64,000 bases of DNA from assembly GCA_051362555.1 (NCBI GenBank), contig CM120648.1:8676587-8740586 (forward strand), given 5' to 3'. The position numbers and the translations under genes were made by a program. Under the pieces are notes generated by a model. It was given only the letters and a program-made list of their open reading frames with translations, did not search any database and was not told where the DNA came from. Shown here in pieces: positions 58,495-64,000 of this stretch (its first letter is position 1; each line of letters begins with the position of its first letter). The DNA is from Lingula anatina. Its lineage: Eukaryota; Animalia; Brachiopoda.

Positions 58495-59653
58495 TTACAC
58501 ACAAATATGCACAAATATTTTAATATATTTTTCCAGTGCAAGACTCGCTGAAAATCCTCAAGACTCTTAAGAACCCTAAGGCACCACTTGTGAAGAAACG
58601 GCAAATGATGCGCATGACATTTGGCGATTATAGAAAGAAAATGCAAGAAGAAGAGAAGCGATTTGCTGCAAGTAGGTCTATTTATAATACTTTAGCCCTA
58701 CCCCCAGCCCACATCCCCACCCCTCCCCATCTTCAGGGTACTGGTAGCATCTTATTCCTACCAAACATATGCTCTGTGATACTGCTACTGGAATGAAGAA
58801 ATCAGAACATTTTTTAAACTCGCCTAGTTACAGCTTTTATGTAAGAGTGTGTGTTTGTGTGCGTGAGAAAGAGAGAGAGATGGTTAGGGGTTCATATAAC
58901 AACAAAGTGCTGATAGAGCAGCAGTGTTTTGACATACAGTACAAGAGATTTTCGTGAAATGTTTAAGTTTGTGGTGCAACATCTTAATGTTTGAAATTAC
59001 TGATAAGTAAAAATGGTATGCTGTTTTTAATGATTCATGGATAATAAATTATTATTTGCACAGGTGCCAAGAAAATCTGCCTCAAACCCGCACCCCAGAA
59101 ACACTCCCAGAAGTCAAGTACTTTCCTCAGAAAGTCTCAGCATGTCACTAGTCAAGGCCAGACAAATGATTCACAGAACTCCAACACATCTTGTGGCTCT
59201 ATAATGTCCAATACAGGATCTGGATTTACGTTCAGTTTTCAGTTGAACTCTGACAAAGGAGATTCATCAGAGAAATCGGCTGTGGGTGGTGTAATAACGG
59301 AAAATGGGAGGGAGCCTGTTGTTACGGCAGTTGATTCAAATGCAAGTGTTAATTACTACAGAATGATGCCCAGTGGGCAAAACTTTACATTCAATTTCTC
59401 AGCAGGAAAAACAGAGAACAATAGTGATCTAATAGTTGATACAAAAGTGAAACCCACAGGTAGTGACAGGAGAATTGACAAGGCCAGCACCAAAGGTAGC
59501 AGTGAAATAAGTCACCAGGGTGGAAGGCAACAAGGAGAGACTGAAAGCAATGCAACAGGTGCTGTTCAGCACTCGACTACTGACCCTTTGAGTGTTGTTA
59601 CTGATGAAAATTCTGCCAAATTTGCTGCCATGGAAATATCAGAAAGCTCTTGA
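57101..59653 (+). CDS. C8orf33: UPF0488 protein C8orf33 homolog, 5 exons, ~319 aa
   Basis: Phase-consistent exons 57101-57184, 57565-57633, 58146-58227, 58537-58671, 59064-59653. Motifs ERELVWCIQQLEAGL, PLVKKRQMMRMTFGDYRKKM and FTFNF. Confidence 0.8.
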
Positions 59654-61374
59654 TGTTTGTTACAGGGAACTAAATGCAGTGCATTTGGCAATGAGCACTG
59701 AAAAAGTTAATAAAACTGAACAAAAATAGATGGAGCAATGTGTCAGATGTTTATGCATATAGTCAAAAACTGGATGACCAAGACAAGACCAACTTTGAGT
59801 TCCTGGCCATACAAATTGATGAAATAGGGTAAAATGAAATCATTGTTTATTTAAATAAGCCTAAGGGAACAGGGCATTACAGATGTTGGATATGCTCAGA
59901 ATGACAAGGAAAGTAATAAATGGTGCACTTTTCATTTACTGGAGATGCCTTCGTTTTCTTTTTTCTGCAGCAGAAGATACACTGATGTATTTTCACCTTA
60001 TTTATAATTTTTAATTTTGCCTTGTTAAATTGCATATTTTAGAAATTTGAAAATTTAATTACAATATTTAATAAAATTTTTGGAGAACATGTACCCAAGC
60101 CTCCACAAGAACAAATGGCATAAGACATTTCTTTTCAGGTATCAAAATCAAGACAAAGTTTAGTAGATTTCAAGAATATTTTAATGACAGACAATGCTGT
60201 TAACCTGCATTTTAAACATCAACCAGTGGCCACAGCAATTTCTGAATCTAGCAGTACAATGCATGTAACAAACATAAACAAGTAATTTTTTCTCAGCTAA
60301 CTTGTAAAACAGTGACGACCTACTGCATTAATTCAGAAAGCATGAAATTGCAACCCACTATCCATAGCTTCGGCACAATTTGAACATTAAAGTCCACTTT
60401 TTTTGTAATGGGACAATTGCATCTCCATCAGAACAAAGGGTTTTGAACCCTTGTGATGCTCTAGAGTATGAGATAGATATTCAAACACCTGTACAAACTT
60501 AACCAGGTAGACATAACAAAATTGAAAACTTTTAAGGATTTTGAACCCATCCAGTTTCACCAACTAGAGATAAATGTTCAAGTTGTACTTGTTAAGTTAT
60601 ACCAAGTTGACCTTGTGATATTACAAACTAAGTAGAAGATAGCATGCAACATATACGAACTACTGATGCATCATGTTTTGGTAAAAATTTCCAACATTAA
60701 CAAAAGGTTATCAGAGCGACTTTTCCCTTCTACATTACAAAACTCCTTTCAATTGGCAGTTTTCACGTGTTCTTGTTACAATATGTATCACTGCAAATAG
60801 GCCCATCACGTCCCCATGCTCAACCTTACATTAATATAGTAGTGAACATAAATGTTGTACACAATGAACCCTGTTGTGTAAAATCACTTATCTAACATAG
60901 CAGATATTAGCATTTAAATGCTATGTGTTTTAAAACTGACATTTACATAACGTCAACTCATAATGACATAGTCCACACAAATAACCAAAAGATGAAAACA
61001 GAGAATTATACAATAGACACAACTGCACTGAGTTTGTTTTGAGTTTTGATAATTTTTGCAGAAATATTTTATGAGCCCTCTCAGTTTACACCTTTCCACT
61101 TGACAGTCCTTTACAGAAGGCACTAAATAATAATGGTATACATTTAAGAATAGTTTTGAGTGAAAGTTTAAAACCTTATCTATGTGAGTGACCCAGTTTT
61201 TTTTTGAAGCAGAACTTTGACACAGCTAACTCTAATTCTTCTTCACATTTACTTTGCAATATTTTGTGTATTCTCTGAGAAAAACAGAGATAGGCTATAT
61301 CCTTAGGAGTGTGTTCAGAAAGCACAATTTCCTCTTTGAAATTTGATTCTGTTACATTTTACAGTATGGAGCCC

Positions 61375-63845
61375 TTACTGCACTCTCTGATATACATATA
61401 GATAAGCTAAGTCCTTTGGAGGGTGTTCTGAAAGTGCAACTTTCTCATCGTTGAAGATGATCCACCTCCCTTCCTTTCGTATGTGGCACACGTAATGGCC
61501 CACTAGGGTAGATGTTCCCATGTGACTGATGAATCCAAGAAGTTTGTACTCTGAAACAAAGAGAACAAGGTTACAATACATACTGCAAAAAGGAAAAGAC
61601 TCTTTCTGAAATGTGTAACTGAAAAAAAGTTTAAAATACAGCTAACATGTCCAGAGATTTTCAAGTATAATAAAGGTGTACTTTAGGAAAAATCATCTTA
61701 AAAAGTGAAAAAAAAAATGTATTTAAATGGAAAAACATCAAGCCTGATGTTGAAAATAGATAATTCCTCAGAGCAACGGTTCGACATGGACACTTACTTC
61801 CTGGCCCATCCCTATACTTTGGCTGTGAATCAGATGCTGACTCTGCCTCTGTCTCCATAGGTTGGTCTAATTCGTCTGCGTGACTAAATATCCAATCCAC
61901 AGCCCTCTCTGTGTTATTGTCCTATGAGAATCGCAATGAAAAAATTTACAATTACTTAAATCCTCACTACTTAAATCCTCACTGTCTAAACCAAAATCAT
62001 TTCCCAAAATATCTGTAAACCACATCAAGTTCCCCCACCCCTTTATACTAGGTTTAATTTCATGATGAATGTTCAAGGACAAAACCTAATAATTATTCCT
62101 TCTTGTAAAAATCTACAAATCTTTTTTGTAACACAGTGATATAGGTTGATAAATCAGAAAAGGAAAATCTGACTTATACAGAGAAAAACACACCCACGTG
62201 GTGGTGAAAATACACAAGGTAACAATAAGAAAACTTGACATGCTGTGATCTACTCACTGTTGCTTTCAGGGCTCTGACGGCCTGCTCGCCACTGAAACCC
62301 ATGGACATAATCATGGCCAGGCCTTCCTCACTCACGGCAAAGTCATCTCTCTTGGGTTGCCCCAGAACTTGAAGAGGCTCAGCAAAATCTAGGTGAAAAG
62401 AGGAAAGTGTTCTTCACACCAAAGGCGCTTGACTACATACCTTGAAAAAAGTCTGATGCCCATATGACATATGGTTACAAATTAAGAATGGATATAATAA
62501 GTCATACTGGTAATTCTAGAAATCATGGCTGGATGTGATAGGAGAGAATAGGAAAAAAAGATGAATTAGTGTGTCACTAAAATAAGGCATATCTTGGTCT
62601 TCTTAATATTCTTTATCTAGTTAAACACACACACACACACACTATCACATGAGAGAGAGAGCGAGTAAGAGAAAGCCATGAGATTTGGGTGAGAGAGAGA
62701 GAGAGAGAGAGAGGACAAACCTTGATCGTCCATGTGTTGCATGACCCAGTTCATAGCTGACTCCACCCCTGTGTTATTAGTATAGTACACGGCCTTCCTG
62801 CAGGCATTGGCAGGAAACCCCATGTCTGCCAGCTGTTGCACCACAGCTTCATCCACTGTCACTGAATGGTGTACAAATAAATACATCTTCATTCATCATT
62901 GTCAGCTTTAACCCAAATGTTATAGAATAACAGGCAACAGGCCCATTCAAATGTTTAATCTGTCGCTTTTGGTTGACACTAATGCATGTGCCAAGAAAAC
63001 TGCAGAGATGCAGTTTCTGGATTAACTCCTTCACGTTAATCTGAATGAAATAATATGCCTAACAAGCTGAGCTATAAAATTCACTGAAAAGACTTCTAAA
63101 AGAACTGATTTAAGGATAGTTGGAATTTCTAATCATGTAACATTTGAAAATATCATTTTAAAACATACCTACTAAGTAATACTGAAATGAATTTCAATGT
63201 AAAAATGTGCAAACATAATAGACAGCTTCTAACCTTTTTCACTCTGATCTCCAGCTTCCTCAGGCAGCTCTTCCTCTCCTGGCTGACGACCTTGACCTCT
63301 CAGGTCACTAAGGTCAAGGTCATCTGGGATATCAACAGAGACATCTGGAACACAGCGTATATGATTGTCAGTGTTAATTTTTAAAAAATTATTTTGATAA
63401 GAACATAACACCATAGTATACCTACACATGATTATGTCAATTTGGACATTTTGACAACTTACTTGTAAATCTCAATGAAAAATGTAATTATTAATCTCTC
63501 AATGTAATAACATTAATAACAATGCAGACATATTTTGAAAATATGCTAGATAGATGCAAAATAAATAACTGTAATTTATCTGTATTTCATTTCCATATTT
63601 TTCACCATTTATATCTAAATAATAAAGAACATTATTGTATAGCAAATAACTCAGAAACACATATTATTGCAGAACAATATGGAGATTGCAAATCAAAACA
63701 GAGGATAGAAATCCTCAAGAGCATCTAAACATTATCAACTTCATCTCACTTCTTACCTAACTTCTTTGGTACCCAGTCATCCCCTATTGTGAATTTCTTC
63801 AGCTGTATGATCAAATAATCTGGAAATGTGGACAACCGCGTCATT
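61375..63845 (-). CDS. USP5: Ubiquitin carboxyl-terminal hydrolase 5/13 (isopeptidase T), last six exons; the gene continues beyond the window
   Basis: Exons 63845-63757, 63344-63234, 62861-62721, 62388-62258, 61921-61798, 61550-61375. [21 protein letters not shown], two UBA domains (LADMGFP, IMSMGF), His box [27 protein letters not shown]. Confidence 0.93.
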
Positions 63846-64000
63846 CTGAAATTGGAAAACATGTTGTATACTGTGACAAGTTATGCTGAAAACACTGTCA
63901 GCAAGCAGAAGGTTGGCTGGTAAAGTATTAGCTTATTCCTATATCACAAAAAAAATCTACATTTCTGTTTCAAACAATAATTTATTAATATTTACTTCTT

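Overview
AT-rich animal genomic DNA with spliceosomal introns, microsatellites and many non-autonomous DNA transposons. It is probably from a lophotrochozoan or other invertebrate, but the taxon cannot be fixed from the sequence alone. The left part (about 1-42 kb) holds lineage-expanded genes with single-exon CDSs: three tandem somatomedin-B/Cys-rich family-B (adhesion/methuselah-like) 7TM receptors plus a relic of a fourth, one orphan rhodopsin-class GPCR, and two tandem CARD-CARD-TPR-like genes. The right part (about 43-64 kb) is CpG-poor and holds housekeeping genes: 16-exon EXOC8 (- strand), a C8orf33/UPF0488 homolog head-to-head with it, and the 3' six exons of USP5/13. Most interesting are the NACHT-less tandem-CARD plus TPR-like pair (one copy with an IRF-type site upstream), a same-strand secreted coiled-coil/discoidin gene nested in EXOC8 intron 7, two homologous in-frame alternative last exons of EXOC8, and a TTAA transposon carrying a piece of a neighbouring receptor paralog. 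All exon boundaries and alignments were read by eye.
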